From assembly GCA_023898425.1 (NCBI GenBank), contig CP060222.1, positions 120,001 to 152,000 of the forward strand: DNA of 32,000 nt, given 5' to 3'. Under the pieces are notes generated by a model. The model ran no database searches and was not told the DNA's origin. It saw only the letters and a program-made list of their open reading frames with translations. The translations under genes were made by a program, and so were the position numbers. This document shows positions 7,956 through 16,957 of the stretch, piece after piece. Each line of letters begins with the position of its first letter. The first letter of the stretch is position 1. Origin of the DNA: Candidatus Saccharimonadota bacterium. Its GTDB lineage: Bacteria; Patescibacteriota; Patescibacteriia; 2-12-FULL-60-25.

Positions 7956-7971
7956 TCACCAGCTATTTCTG

Positions 7972-8007
7972 AAAAACACCACGAAGGCTATCGTGGTGTT
8001 TTCATTT
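7972..8007 (+). terminator. Intrinsic terminator after the PRTase gene
   Basis: ACACCACGA-AGGCTA-TCGTGGTGT followed by TTTTCATTTT. Confidence 0.7.
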
Positions 8008-8075
8008 TGTGGACGTGTTTCGTGGAGGTGGTTGACGTATTGCTGAGACTACCCTTGACAATATCCCCAGTTTTC

Positions 8076-8104
8076 TTGCGTATTCTGAACGTTGCGTTCA
8101 TAAT
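8076..8104 (+). promoter_or_regulatory. Candidate sigma70-type promoter for hup
   Basis: TTGCGT, 17 nt, CATAAT. The same -35 hexamer appears in the tuf candidate promoter. Confidence 0.3.
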
Positions 8105-8159
8105 GTCCTTACAAACCCGACTTTTTCTTAATCATAACCTCGGGTTAACGCATCGCCCT

Positions 8160-8441
8160 ATGGCAAAAATGACAAAATCCCAGATCATGTCCGAGCTTGC
8201 TGCTAAGACTGGTCTCAGCAAGAAAGACACGACAATGTTTGTAGAAACACTTGTAGACATGGCTTTGACTCAAGTAAAGAAGAACGGTGAATTTGTTCTT
8301 CCAGGCATTGGTAAGCTCGTTAAAGTAAAACGCCCTGCTCGTGTAGGTCGCAACCCAGCAACAGGTGAATCCATCAAGATCCCTGCAAAAACGGTAGTGA
8401 AGTTCCGCGTAGCAAAGGCTGCAAAGGACGCTGTTCTCTAA
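8160..8441 (+). CDS. hup: DNA-binding protein HU
   Basis: 93 aa from ATG 8160: MAKMTKSQIMSELAAKTGLSKKD..., with the arm motif RVGRNPATGESIKIPA. The upstream in-frame extension in the ORF track is not HU-like. Confidence 0.93.
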   Translation: MAKMTKSQIMSELAAKTGLSKKDTTMFVETLVDMALTQVKKNGEFVLPGIGKLVKVKRPARVGRNPATGESIKIPAKTVVKFRVAKAAKDAVL

Positions 8442-8455
8442 GAGAATTGCATCAC

Positions 8456-8484
8456 AAAAGACCCCTTAAAAAGGGGTCTTTTGC
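8456..8484 (+). terminator. Intrinsic terminator after hup
   Basis: AAAAGACCCCTT-AAA-AAGGGGTCTTTTG. Confidence 0.75.
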
Positions 8485-8512
8485 TTGACAAAATATTATA
8501 GTCTGCTACAAA
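8485..8512 (+). promoter_or_regulatory. Candidate promoter for the 8534 gene
   Basis: Perfect TTGACA, 16 nt, TACAAA. A strong SD (GAAGGAGG) follows. Confidence 0.35.
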
Positions 8513-8533
8513 TCAATTACGAAGGAGGTCACC

Positions 8534-9364
8534 ATGGAAGCGCCGTTAAAGACGCGTGCCGTGAAGCCTCTGTTCGGAGGTCTCACGCGTGCAAAAGTAC
8601 ATGTCATGCGTTATGAGCTTGGCGGAAGGTATGGATCGATTTTTTTCCGGCTACTCTATTGGGCGCAGTTTTCGCACCAAGAAGGGTGGGTGGTAAAGCT
8701 ATACGATGATAACGGAAGTCTCTTGTTAGAGGCGAATGGGTTCGAGGCAGGGTCGACAGAGTCACAAGCTCTAGAAAATGCCATTCAGCGCTTTATTAAG
8801 CTGCGAGATGCTCCCTATCTACTCATCCGTGATTTATTGGGGCAAAAGCAGTTTGCGAGTGACGATAAGCCTCCTTTTGAAGTGTACCGACTTCCTATGG
8901 AGTTACATCAAGAAGATGTTACTACAAAACAAAAGTCCAGACACAAAAAGAAGTCTGTCACAAGCAAGAATCACAAGGTGCCGCATAGTCCGCGGATAAA
9001 GCTTTCGTCCTTGATAAAGTTACGGCCAGCAGAGCTGGTAGGACTCCTATCAGAATTACGCGTCATTGATCTTTTTGATCGGTCGGTCTGGTCCGTCGGT
9101 GAGAGGCCAGCTTGGTTTCATTCTATAACGAGCAGCACTCAATACGAGGACTTTCAAGAAGGTATTGATCTTTGGGTACACTGCAATGACGGAGCCCCGC
9201 CAATACCGATACAAGTGAAGAGCTCAGGAACGGGCGCAATGTACGCGAACACCAAGGTACCTATTATCGTGGCTGGGCAAAACTACACAGATCAGTTTAT
9301 CTATAAGCAACTGATACATGAATGTGATTTGCATAGATCGCATTATCTAGAATGCGTTTCATGA
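8534..9364 (+). CDS. Hypothetical protein with a C-terminal PD-(D/E)xK nuclease-like motif set
   Basis: 276 aa. The C-terminal third reads YED...GIDLWVHC...IPIQVKSS, an E / D / (Q)xK arrangement as in restriction-endonuclease-fold (DUF4365-like) proteins. A K-rich linker occupies the middle; the N-domain is unrecognised. GAAGGAGG lies 5 nt before the ATG. The TGA stop is followed by a hairpin. Confidence 0.4.
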   Translation: MEAPLKTRAVKPLFGGLTRAKVHVMRYELGGRYGSIFFRLLYWAQFSHQEGWVVKLYDDNGSLLLEANGFEAGSTESQALENAIQRFIKLRDAPYLLIRDLLGQKQFASDDKPPFEVYRLPMELHQEDVTTKQKSRHKKKSVTSKNHKVPHSPRIKLSSLIKLRPAELVGLLSELRVIDLFDRSVWSVGERPAWFHSITSSTQYEDFQEGIDLWVHCNDGAPPIPIQVKSSGTGAMYANTKVPIIVAGQNYTDQFIYKQLIHECDLHRSHYLECVS

Positions 9365-9392
9365 GGCCGATGTCATACGTCGGCTTTTTTCT
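9365..9392 (+). terminator. Intrinsic terminator after the 8534 gene
   Basis: GCCGA-loop-TCGGC followed by TTTTTT. Confidence 0.55.
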
Positions 9393-9393
9393 A

Positions 9394-9402
9394 TGGTATA
9401 AT
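9394..9402 (+). promoter_or_regulatory. Extended -10 promoter element (TGGTATAAT) for the LOG-family gene
   Basis: A TGnTATAAT match 13 nt upstream of the ATG at 9416, which implies a very short (near-leaderless) 5' UTR. Confidence 0.45.
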
Positions 9403-9415
9403 CCTATTTATCATT

Positions 9416-10330
9416 ATGCCAAAGTCATTAAAAAATCCGTTTGCACTTTCAAAGAAAGCAACAAAAAAAACAACAAACAATAAAGCTACCGCAAAGCGTG
9501 TAAGTAAGTCTTCTCGCAGAACAAAAGCACAAAAAGAGCTTAGTGTATCAAAAAAGAGTGATCATATTTTGCAACAGGCGGCACTTTCTCCTCAATGGCA
9601 ACCAAGTTGGACGGGACAATCCTTTGCAGCAGAACGTTTTAAACACTGGGTTGTTGGTAACAATAATACTTGTGTACCTGCTGCAAATGATGATTTTACC
9701 GGTGATGTACAATGGAAGATTTTTAAAATTATGGCAGAGTTTGTCGAAGGATTTGAATTTCTTTCACGACTCCATCAAGAAGTTTCTGTTTTTGGTAGTG
9801 CGCGTTGCAGTCATAAAGATCCTTACTATGCCGTCGCAAGAAAGATCGGATCATTATGTGCAAAACACGGTTATACGATGGTTACAGGTGGCGGTCCTGG
9901 TATGATGGAGGCGGCAAATCGAGGGGCTTTTGAAGCAAAGGGTGAGTCGATCGGACTAACCATCCAATTACCGATGGAGCAACGAACAAATAAGTACGTT
10001 AAGCGCTCGGTGGATTTTCATTACTTCTTTACACGTAAAGTTATGTTGAGCGCTTCTGCTCAAGCATATGTCTTTATGCCTGGTGGGTTTGGTACATTAG
10101 ATGAGCTCTTTGAGATTGTTACCTTGATTCAAACCGGTAAAATGTCTGATGGTGTTCCTGTGATTCTTGTTGGTAAAGAGTTTTGGAAGCCTTTATTGGG
10201 TTGGATTAAGAAGCGAGTATTGGATGCACATGGTTATATTGCTAAGGGTGATCTAGATATTTTTCATCTCGTTGAAACGGCAGAAGAAGCTTTTGAGATT
10301 ATTAAAACCACGCGCGAACGTTCGCTTTAA
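9416..10330 (+). CDS. LOG-family (TIGR00730-type) nucleotide phosphoribohydrolase-like protein with a Lys-rich N-terminal extension
   Basis: GGGPGMMEAANRGA and PGGFGTLDELFE motifs. The first ~45 residues are K/T/A-rich low complexity. Confidence 0.85.
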   Translation: MPKSLKNPFALSKKATKKTTNNKATAKRVSKSSRRTKAQKELSVSKKSDHILQQAALSPQWQPSWTGQSFAAERFKHWVVGNNNTCVPAANDDFTGDVQWKIFKIMAEFVEGFEFLSRLHQEVSVFGSARCSHKDPYYAVARKIGSLCAKHGYTMVTGGGPGMMEAANRGAFEAKGESIGLTIQLPMEQRTNKYVKRSVDFHYFFTRKVMLSASAQAYVFMPGGFGTLDELFEIVTLIQTGKMSDGVPVILVGKEFWKPLLGWIKKRVLDAHGYIAKGDLDIFHLVETAEEAFEIIKTTRERSL

Positions 10331-10332
10331 AC

Positions 10333-10364
10333 AAAAAACCCTCCAGTATACTGGAGGGTTTTTT
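10333..10364. terminator. Bidirectional terminator between the LOG gene (+) and rpmB (-)
   Basis: AAAAAACCCTCCAG-TATA-CTGGAGGGTTTTTT. Confidence 0.8.
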
Positions 10365-10375
10365 GTTTATTTGGC

Positions 10376-10624
10376 TTACACCTTTGCAGCAAGAGCAGCT
10401 TTCTTTGCGGCCTTCTTTTGGCGTTTGGTTGGGATTTCTCCGTGAGCCTTTGCAACGATGCGTTTAATTGTACGCAAGGTGCTTGTAGCAATGCGAACAC
10501 GCTGACCGTTGATGCGAACGGTTTGGAGATTTACCTTTTGTGTACGGCGAGTAGCAACGTTGGAGTGACTGCGGGAGTTCACTGCTTGTGGGCCTTTGCC
10601 GGTAATAGCGCAAATACGTGACAT
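10376..10624 (-). CDS. rpmB: 50S ribosomal protein L28 (bL28) with a K/A-rich C-terminal tail
   Basis: 82 aa: MSRICAITGKGPQAVNSRSHSNVATRR. Confidence 0.93.
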   Translation of the reverse strand: MSRICAITGKGPQAVNSRSHSNVATRRTQKVNLQTVRINGQRVRIATSTLRTIKRIVAKAHGEIPTKRQKKAAKKAALAAKV

Positions 10625-10690
10625 ATGGGCCGGATCTTAGCCAAAACGTTTCAGTTTGGCAAGAGGGCGAACGCATGAGAGAATACCTTC

Positions 10691-11335
10691 ATGAGTTTTT
10701 TAACAATCGCCTTTGAGCAACCACTGCTTTTTATTGTGCTTTTAGCGGGTTTTTTGCTTGCCCTCTCCTTTCATGAGATGTCTCATGCTTGGGTGGGGAG
10801 CTTGCTTGGGGATAAAACCGCCGAAGAACAGGGGAGACTTACGATCAATCCATTATCACATATTGACCCTGTTGGGCTCCTATTGCTTATTGTTGCAGGT
10901 TTTGGTTATGCAAAACCCGTACCCTACAATCCCTACAGACTAAGAGATCCTAAATGGGGGCCAGTACTTATAGCATTAGCAGGACCTATAAGTAATTTAT
11001 TATTGGGAATTATCGCTATTATTAGCTACGCACTCCTTTATACAAAGCTTGGGCCGAATAACTTACTTATTGTCGCCTTGTGGTTTTTGGCCAAGGTCAA
11101 TATCGTTCTTGCATTGTTTAATCTCGTGCCACTCCCGCCTTTAGATGGGTCTAAGGTCTTGATGCATGCTCTCGATCGTCCACAGACGAGGGGAGCTCAC
11201 ACATGGCTGGCGCAAAACGGCTCCTATCTATTGTTGATTGCAATCATTTTGAGTATTTCCGGTATTTTACCAGTTTTTGACTGGATAACGGTACTTTCTG
11301 ACGTTATTTTTACTGCGATCTTGAGCTTGTTCTGA
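10691..11335 (+). CDS. Site-2 protease family (peptidase M50) membrane metalloprotease
   Basis: HEMSHA (HExxH) lies in TM1, with NLVPLPPLDGS later; the protein has multiple TM helices. Confidence 0.85.
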   Translation: MSFLTIAFEQPLLFIVLLAGFLLALSFHEMSHAWVGSLLGDKTAEEQGRLTINPLSHIDPVGLLLLIVAGFGYAKPVPYNPYRLRDPKWGPVLIALAGPISNLLLGIIAIISYALLYTKLGPNNLLIVALWFLAKVNIVLALFNLVPLPPLDGSKVLMHALDRPQTRGAHTWLAQNGSYLLLIAIILSISGILPVFDWITVLSDVIFTAILSLF

Positions 11336-11353
11336 TATATCCCGACAAAAACC

Positions 11354-11382
11354 TTGACGACTGCCAAGAAAGGCGCTAGATT
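11354..11382 (+). promoter_or_regulatory. Candidate promoter of the str operon (rpsL-rpsG-fusA)
   Basis: TTGACG, 17 nt, TAGATT, 46 nt upstream of the rpsL ATG. Confidence 0.45.
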
Positions 11383-11427
11383 ACGCGCACATTTTCGTCT
11401 TTTTATACGGACGAACCAATATCCGAC

Positions 11428-11856
11428 ATGCCTACAGTAAACCAGCTGATCCGCCGCCCTCGAAAGGCTGTGAAGATCAAGTCCAAGAGTCCAGCGCTTC
11501 AGTACGCTATGGACACGCTTCACCGTAAGCGCACCGAACTCCGCAAGGGTTCTGGTTTTAAGCGCGGTGTTTGCACTAAGGTCACCACCATGACACCAAA
11601 AAAGCCTAACTCAGCTATTCGTAAGATTGCGCGTATTCGCCTTTCTAATGGTACTGAAGTTACTGCTTATATCCCTGGTGAAGGCCACAACCTTCAAGAG
11701 CACTCTATCGTGATGATTCGCGGTGGCCGTGTAAAAGATCTTCCTGGTGTTCGTTATCATATCGTTCGCGGTGTATACGATACTCAAGGTGTCGCTAATC
11801 GTCGTCGCAGCCGTTCACTTTACGGTGCACGTCGCCCTAAAGAAACAGCTAAGTAA
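11428..11856 (+). CDS. rpsL: 30S ribosomal protein S12 (uS12)
   Basis: [13 protein letters not shown]...[10 protein letters not shown]...[13 protein letters not shown]. Confidence 0.98.
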   Translation: MPTVNQLIRRPRKAVKIKSKSPALQYAMDTLHRKRTELRKGSGFKRGVCTKVTTMTPKKPNSAIRKIARIRLSNGTEVTAYIPGEGHNLQEHSIVMIRGGRVKDLPGVRYHIVRGVYDTQGVANRRRSRSLYGARRPKETAK

Positions 11857-11870
11857 TTATTACTTGAACT

Positions 11871-12338
11871 ATGCGAGGTAAAAAAGCTCCAAAGCGCGAA
11901 GTCGCTGCAGACCCGAAGTTCTCCAACCAAACGGTTGCGAAGCTCATCAACTACGTGATGTACTCGGGTAAAAAATCTATCGCTCAAGGTATCGTCTACG
12001 ACGCCTTCGAAGAGATCGAAGAAAAAACAAAAAAACCAGCTATGGAAGTCTTCGAAGAAGCAATGAAAAATGTTTCTCCGCTCCTCGAGGTTAAATCCAA
12101 GCGTGTTGGTGGTGCAAACTACCAAGTACCACTCCAGGTACGTGCAGAACGTCGTGTTCAGCTCGCGTTCCGCTGGATCCTTGCTGCCGCTCGCGGTCGT
12201 AAAGGTAAGGCAATGTCCGAAAAGCTCGCCTTCGAAATCATGGAAGCCGCTCAAAATCAGGGCGACGCCGTTAAGAAGAAGCTTGACGTACAGCGCATGG
12301 CCGAAGCAAACCGCGCCTTCGCTCATTTCGCGAAATAG
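11871..12338 (+). CDS. rpsG: 30S ribosomal protein S7 (uS7)
   Basis: 155 aa: DPKF.N..V.KLIN.VM.SGKKS.A..IVY and VGGANYQVP motifs. TAG stop. Confidence 0.97.
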   Translation: MRGKKAPKREVAADPKFSNQTVAKLINYVMYSGKKSIAQGIVYDAFEEIEEKTKKPAMEVFEEAMKNVSPLLEVKSKRVGGANYQVPLQVRAERRVQLAFRWILAAARGRKGKAMSEKLAFEIMEAAQNQGDAVKKKLDVQRMAEANRAFAHFAK

Positions 12339-12346
12339 CACATCAC

Positions 12347-12395
12347 CCGTGGATCGCGGAGGGCTGAATAGGCTCCCTGTGGTCCACGGTTTTGT
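12347..12395 (+). terminator. Hairpin + U-tract between rpsG and fusA (partial terminator/attenuator)
   Basis: CCGTGGA...TCCACGG outer stem with an imperfect GC-rich interior, followed by TTTTGT. Confidence 0.4.
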
Positions 12396-12453
12396 ATAAA
12401 AACAATCTCTCGTTTACTTACACACTCAAATTTATTTCACTTATCTAACGAAT

Positions 12454-14538
12454 ATGCCTCGCGAATTCTCACTCAAAGATACCCGTAACTTTGGTATCAT
12501 CGCTCACATTGATGCTGGTAAAACAACCGTTTCAGAACGTGTGCTTTTTTATACTGGTCGCAAACACAAAATCGGTGAAGTTCACGAAGGTGAAGCAACC
12601 ATGGACTGGATGGAACAAGAACAGGAGCGTGGTATTACAATTACGGCTGCTGCTACCACTTGTTTTTGGAAGGGTACTCGCATGAACCTTATTGATACTC
12701 CAGGACACGTTGACTTTACTATTGAGGTTCAGCGCTCTCTTCGCGTACTCGATGGTGCTGTTACGGTTTTTGATGGTGTTGCAGGTGTAGAGCCTCAGTC
12801 TGAAACGGTTTGGCGTCAGGCAGATAAGCACAATGTTCCTCGTATTTGTTTTGTTAACAAGCTTGATCGTACGGGTGCTGATTTTTACGCAGATGTAAAA
12901 TCCATTCACGACAAGCTCACAAAGCGTGCTTACCCGATTCAATTACCAATTGGTACAGAAGGTAACTTCAATGCGATCATCGATCTTATCGACATGAAGG
13001 CAGAATTCTACCTCGATGAAATGGGTCAAAAAATTGAACAACGCGAAATCCCTGCTGAATATCTTGAAAAGGCAAAAGAATATCGCGCATCTCTCGTAGA
13101 AGCAATTGCAGAAACAGACGAAGCGCTCATGAATAAGTATCTCGCTGGTGAAGAGCTTACGGTTGATGAGCTTAAGTCAGGTCTTCGCAAAGCAACGATC
13201 ACAAACCAAATCTACCCTGTGCTTTGTGGTTCAGCGCTTAAAAACAAAGGCGTGCAATTCTTGCTTGATGCTATTATTGCTTACCTCCCATCTCCACTTG
13301 ATGTTCCTCCTACAAAGGCAAGTAATATCGACGATGAATCAATCGCGATTGATATCCACCCATCTGACGATGAGCCATTTGCTGCGCTTGCGTTTAAGGT
13401 GATGACGGATCCATTTGTTGGTAAATTGATTTTCTTCCGTGTGTACTCAGGTAAGCTTTCATCTGGTTCATATGTTATTAACGCAAAGACAGGTGAGCGC
13501 GAACGTATTTCACGTATTGTTCGTATGCACTCCAATGAGCGCGAAGAAGTCAGCGAGGTGTATGCAGGTGATATTGCTGCGGCCGTAGGTCTTCGATCAA
13601 CATTTACGGGTGACACTCTTTACGAAGAAAGTCGTCCTCTTGTTCTCGAATCCATCGTGATTCCTGAGCCTGTTATCTCGATTGCTATTGAGCCAAAAAC
13701 AAAAGGTGATCAAGAAAAAATGGGTGTTGCGCTTTCAAAACTTGCTGAAGAAGATCCTTCTTTCCGCGTACGTACAGACGAAGAAACACTTCAAACCATT
13801 ATCATGGGTATGGGTGAGCTTCATCTTGAAATCATTGTTGATCGTATGAAGCGTGAGTTTAAGGTTGATGCAACCGTTGGTGCTCCACAGGTTTCATATC
13901 GTGAAGCAATCCGTACAGCTGTTAAAAACATCGAAGGTAAATACGTTCGTCAATCGGGTGGTCGTGGTCAATATGGTCACTGTGTGATCAACCTTGAACC
14001 AAATGAACCAGGTAAGGGCTACGAATTTATCGAAGAAATCAAAGGTGGTGCTATCCCACGTGAATTTATTCAGCCAATCAACAAAGGTATTTCAGAAGCT
14101 GTGCAACGTGGTGTTATCGCAGGATATCCTGTACTTGATGTAAAAGTCACCCTCGTTGATGGTTCATACCATGATGTGGATTCATCTGAAGCAGCCTTTA
14201 AAGTTGCGGGTTCACTCGCGTTTCAAGAAGCGGCAAAACAAGCAGGTGCTTACTTGCTTGAGCCGGTGATGAAGGTTGAGGTAACAACACCAGAACAATA
14301 CATGGGTGATGTTATCGGTGACTTGAACGCAAAGCGTGGTCAAATCCAAGACATGGAAGAACGCGCAGGTGTTCGTATCGTCAACGCGCTTGTACCGCTT
14401 TCAGAAATGTTTAGCTATACAACAAATCTTCGTTCGATGTCACAAGGTCGTGCAAGTTTCTCGATGGAATTTAGCCACTATGGCGAAGTTCCAAGTAACG
14501 TTGCAAAAACGATCGTTGAAGGTCGTTCAAAGAAGTAA
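12454..14538 (+). CDS. fusA: Elongation factor G
   Basis: 694 aa: [17 protein letters not shown] and NKLDR GTPase motifs, with full domains II-V. Confidence 0.98.
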   Translation: MPREFSLKDTRNFGIIAHIDAGKTTVSERVLFYTGRKHKIGEVHEGEATMDWMEQEQERGITITAAATTCFWKGTRMNLIDTPGHVDFTIEVQRSLRVLDGAVTVFDGVAGVEPQSETVWRQADKHNVPRICFVNKLDRTGADFYADVKSIHDKLTKRAYPIQLPIGTEGNFNAIIDLIDMKAEFYLDEMGQKIEQREIPAEYLEKAKEYRASLVEAIAETDEALMNKYLAGEELTVDELKSGLRKATITNQIYPVLCGSALKNKGVQFLLDAIIAYLPSPLDVPPTKASNIDDESIAIDIHPSDDEPFAALAFKVMTDPFVGKLIFFRVYSGKLSSGSYVINAKTGERERISRIVRMHSNEREEVSEVYAGDIAAAVGLRSTFTGDTLYEESRPLVLESIVIPEPVISIAIEPKTKGDQEKMGVALSKLAEEDPSFRVRTDEETLQTIIMGMGELHLEIIVDRMKREFKVDATVGAPQVSYREAIRTAVKNIEGKYVRQSGGRGQYGHCVINLEPNEPGKGYEFIEEIKGGAIPREFIQPINKGISEAVQRGVIAGYPVLDVKVTLVDGSYHDVDSSEAAFKVAGSLAFQEAAKQAGAYLLEPVMKVEVTTPEQYMGDVIGDLNAKRGQIQDMEERAGVRIVNALVPLSEMFSYTTNLRSMSQGRASFSMEFSHYGEVPSNVAKTIVEGRSKK

Positions 14539-14548
14539 AAACAAATTG

Positions 14549-14586
14549 AAACACCCTCTCATCAGAACGATGAGAGGGTGTTTTGT
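14549..14586 (+). terminator. Strong intrinsic terminator after fusA
   Basis: 13-bp stem ACACCCTCTCATC/GATGAGAGGGTGT followed by TTTTGT. Confidence 0.8.
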
Positions 14587-14619
14587 AATGTATTGTGTCG
14601 AGTTGCGTTAGAAGGGTAT

Positions 14620-15132
14620 ATGATACAAAAAAATTGGAGAATCATTGCACTCGTCTTGTTGGTCGCTGCTATTATTGGCATATTTAGAATTTCGGATTCG
14701 TTGATATATCTACCGATAGGATTATTAACGCTCGCGATACTTGGCTTAAAAGAGTATAAACAAGCTCACTTTGGTTATCTTCTAGGGTCTATATTGATTG
14801 CGCCTATAAGCTTGTTACTGCCAGTTCTATTAGCGTCTGTCCCAGTGGTTATTAATTCAAGGATAGATATTGTCTTATACTGGTGGGTTATTTGGTTTAT
14901 TTATGCTATTGGGATGAGAAGGTATTTTATTGACTGGATTCGACCAGAGCTAAGAATATGGAGCGTATGTTTATCTGGTGGAATACTTGCATTGATTTGG
15001 ATCAAGGGTGTGCCCCTGCCTCTCATGCAACGTGAAGCTTTTCTTGACCTTCTATTTATTCCTGGGTGTATTTTAGTTGGTGTGCCGTTTTTAACATGGG
15101 CGTACAAAGCAGTATTAACACGTATTAAATAA
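14620..15132 (+). CDS. Hypothetical polytopic membrane protein (about 5-6 TM helices)
   Basis: Starts at ATG 14620 (MIQKNWRIIALVLLVAAIIGIF...); the ORF-track start at 14578 lies inside the fusA terminator. Hydrophobic segments run throughout. Visibly more AT-rich than the flanking genes. Confidence 0.6.
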   Translation: MIQKNWRIIALVLLVAAIIGIFRISDSLIYLPIGLLTLAILGLKEYKQAHFGYLLGSILIAPISLLLPVLLASVPVVINSRIDIVLYWWVIWFIYAIGMRRYFIDWIRPELRIWSVCLSGGILALIWIKGVPLPLMQREAFLDLLFIPGCILVGVPFLTWAYKAVLTRIK

Positions 15133-15215
15133 TTAGTTATACCAAGCCATGGGAGGGTCGTTGAGCTTCTCTTGGTGGGTTCGCATCAGCAATCATCTCT
15201 GCTAGGATCTCTACT

Positions 15216-15560
15216 ATGGAATGGAAACGCATCGAGAATGTCATCCGTCGCACAAAATTGCCGATGATTGTGACGGAGGGAGTAGAAGAGCCGTTGATTA
15301 TCATGCCCCTCACCGCCTACGAAAAACTAATAATAAAAGATGAAATTAATACAGAGGTAGAGGGCGCTAAGCCTGAAGCGGTCGAAGCGATAGGGGATGA
15401 GACATTCTTATTGCCCGATATGAACGAACAAAAAGAATCTGTTATACTCGAAGAGGTGGCATCACCAGCCATGCCTTTTACCGGCTTTTTGCGAGAGGAT
15501 CAGGGTCAAAATTTTGCTCAAATTAGCGATTTTTCAGCCTCTGAACGCCTGATGTTTTAA
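15216..15560 (+). CDS. Hypothetical small acidic protein; the N-terminus is weakly Phd/YefM-antitoxin-like
   Basis: 114 aa. [25 protein letters not shown] resembles the beta-strand/helix start of Phd/YefM-type proteins. The acidic C-terminal half appears disordered. Confidence 0.35.
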   Translation: MEWKRIENVIRRTKLPMIVTEGVEEPLIIMPLTAYEKLIIKDEINTEVEGAKPEAVEAIGDETFLLPDMNEQKESVILEEVASPAMPFTGFLREDQGQNFAQISDFSASERLMF

Positions 15561-15575
15561 ATTTAGGGCTAACTC

Positions 15576-15604
15576 TTGCGTCTTTTTGGCCTTTTTGGTA
15601 CTAT
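15576..15604 (+). promoter_or_regulatory. Candidate promoter for tuf (and the downstream S10 operon)
   Basis: TTGCGT, 17 nt, TACTAT. The spacer is a tandem CTTTTTGG CTTTTTGG. Confidence 0.4.
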
Positions 15605-15667
15605 CTGGCCACTCGCTTTTCTATAGCGAACTTTAATCATCTTTGGCGATTATTTTTCCATAACACT

Positions 15668-16858
15668 ATGGCGGACAAGTTCAACCGTTCTAAACCGCAC
15701 GTCAACATTGGTACTATTGGCCACGTTGACCACGGTAAGACAACAACAACCGCAGCTATCCTCACCGTTCTCGGTGCGCATGGCATGACGGCTCAAACAA
15801 AAGGGATCGATGATCTCGATAAAGCACCTGAATCTAAATCACGTGGTATTACGATTGCAACGGCTCATACTGAGTATGAATCCGACAAGCGTCACTATGC
15901 TCACGTTGACTGTCCAGGACACGCTGATTATATCAAGAACATGATTACGGGTGCCGCTCAAATGGACGGTGCTATCTTGGTTGTGTCCGCAACTGATGGT
16001 CCTATGCCTCAGACTCGCGAGCACATTCTTCTTGCACGTCAGGTTGGTGTTCCTTCCATGGTTGTATTCCTTAACAAGGTAGACATGGTTGAAGACGCTG
16101 AACTTGTTGATCTCGTTGAAGAAGAAGTTCGTGAACTTCTTACAAAATACGAATTTGACGGTGCGAATACGCCTGTTATTCGTGGTTCAGCTCTTAAAGC
16201 TCTTCAGAATCCAAAAGACGAAGCAGCTGCAAAGCCAATCCTCGATCTTATCAAGGCTTGTGATGAATGGATCCCAGAACCTGTTCGTGAAACAGACAAA
16301 CCATTCTTGATGCCTGTTGAAGACGTCTTCACTATCGAAGGTCGCGGTACTGTTGTTACTGGTCGTATCGAACGCGGTATGGTCAAAATCAACGAAGCTG
16401 TAGAAATTGTCGGTCTTGGTGAAACTCGTCCAACGACGGTTACCGGTATCGAAATGTTCAACAAGCAACTCGACGAAGGTTTGGCTGGTGATAATGCTGG
16501 TCTCCTTCTCCGCGGTGTAAAGAAAGAAGATATTGAACGTGGTATGGTTCTTGCTAAACCAGGTTCAATCACTCCACACTCTGAATTTGAAGCCGAAGTT
16601 TACGCGCTTACAAAAGAAGAAGGTGGTCGCCACAAGCCATTCGTTACTGGTTACAAACCACAGTTCTACATTCGTACAACTGATGTAACGGGTGAAGTTA
16701 CTCTCAATGCTGATGTAGCCATGGTTCAACCTGGTGACACAGTAAAGATGACGGTTAAGTTGATCATCCCAGTTGCTATCGAAGACAAGATGCGTTTCTC
16801 CATCCGCGAAGGTGGTCGCACGGTCGGTGCTGGTGTTGTTCTCAAGATCATCAAATAA
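15668..16858 (+). CDS. tuf: Elongation factor Tu
   Basis: 396 aa: [21 protein letters not shown]. Confidence 0.99.
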   Translation: MADKFNRSKPHVNIGTIGHVDHGKTTTTAAILTVLGAHGMTAQTKGIDDLDKAPESKSRGITIATAHTEYESDKRHYAHVDCPGHADYIKNMITGAAQMDGAILVVSATDGPMPQTREHILLARQVGVPSMVVFLNKVDMVEDAELVDLVEEEVRELLTKYEFDGANTPVIRGSALKALQNPKDEAAAKPILDLIKACDEWIPEPVRETDKPFLMPVEDVFTIEGRGTVVTGRIERGMVKINEAVEIVGLGETRPTTVTGIEMFNKQLDEGLAGDNAGLLLRGVKKEDIERGMVLAKPGSITPHSEFEAEVYALTKEEGGRHKPFVTGYKPQFYIRTTDVTGEVTLNADVAMVQPGDTVKMTVKLIIPVAIEDKMRFSIREGGRTVGAGVVLKIIK

Positions 16859-16867
16859 TCCAATAGC

Positions 16868-16899
16868 GAGAGGAGGTTTCCTCCTCTCCGTTTGGTTTC
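16868..16899 (+). terminator. Hairpin after tuf (partial terminator), first of two stacked hairpins in the S10 leader
   Basis: GAGAGGAGG-TTT-CCTCCTCTC followed by CGTTTGGTTTCT. A second hairpin lies at 16888-16923 (CCGTTTG..CTGAG-TTCT-CTCAG..CAAACGG). Confidence 0.5.
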
Positions 16900-16957
16900 T
16901 GAGTTCTCTCAGTAATCAAACGGAGATGAGGAATGCCATGGCCTCCCTCAAAACCAC

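Noticed and set aside
8007-8159. A 51-codon N-terminal extension of hup in the ORF track.
   Set aside because: HU proteins are about 90 aa. The extension is hydrophobic nonsense and overlaps the PRTase terminator and candidate promoter. ATG 8160 gives a canonical HU N-terminus.
15216-15560. A type II toxin-antitoxin module, suggested by the Phd/YefM-like N-terminus.
   Set aside because: No toxin-sized partner ORF is adjacent: upstream is a membrane protein and downstream is tuf. The similarity is short and weak.
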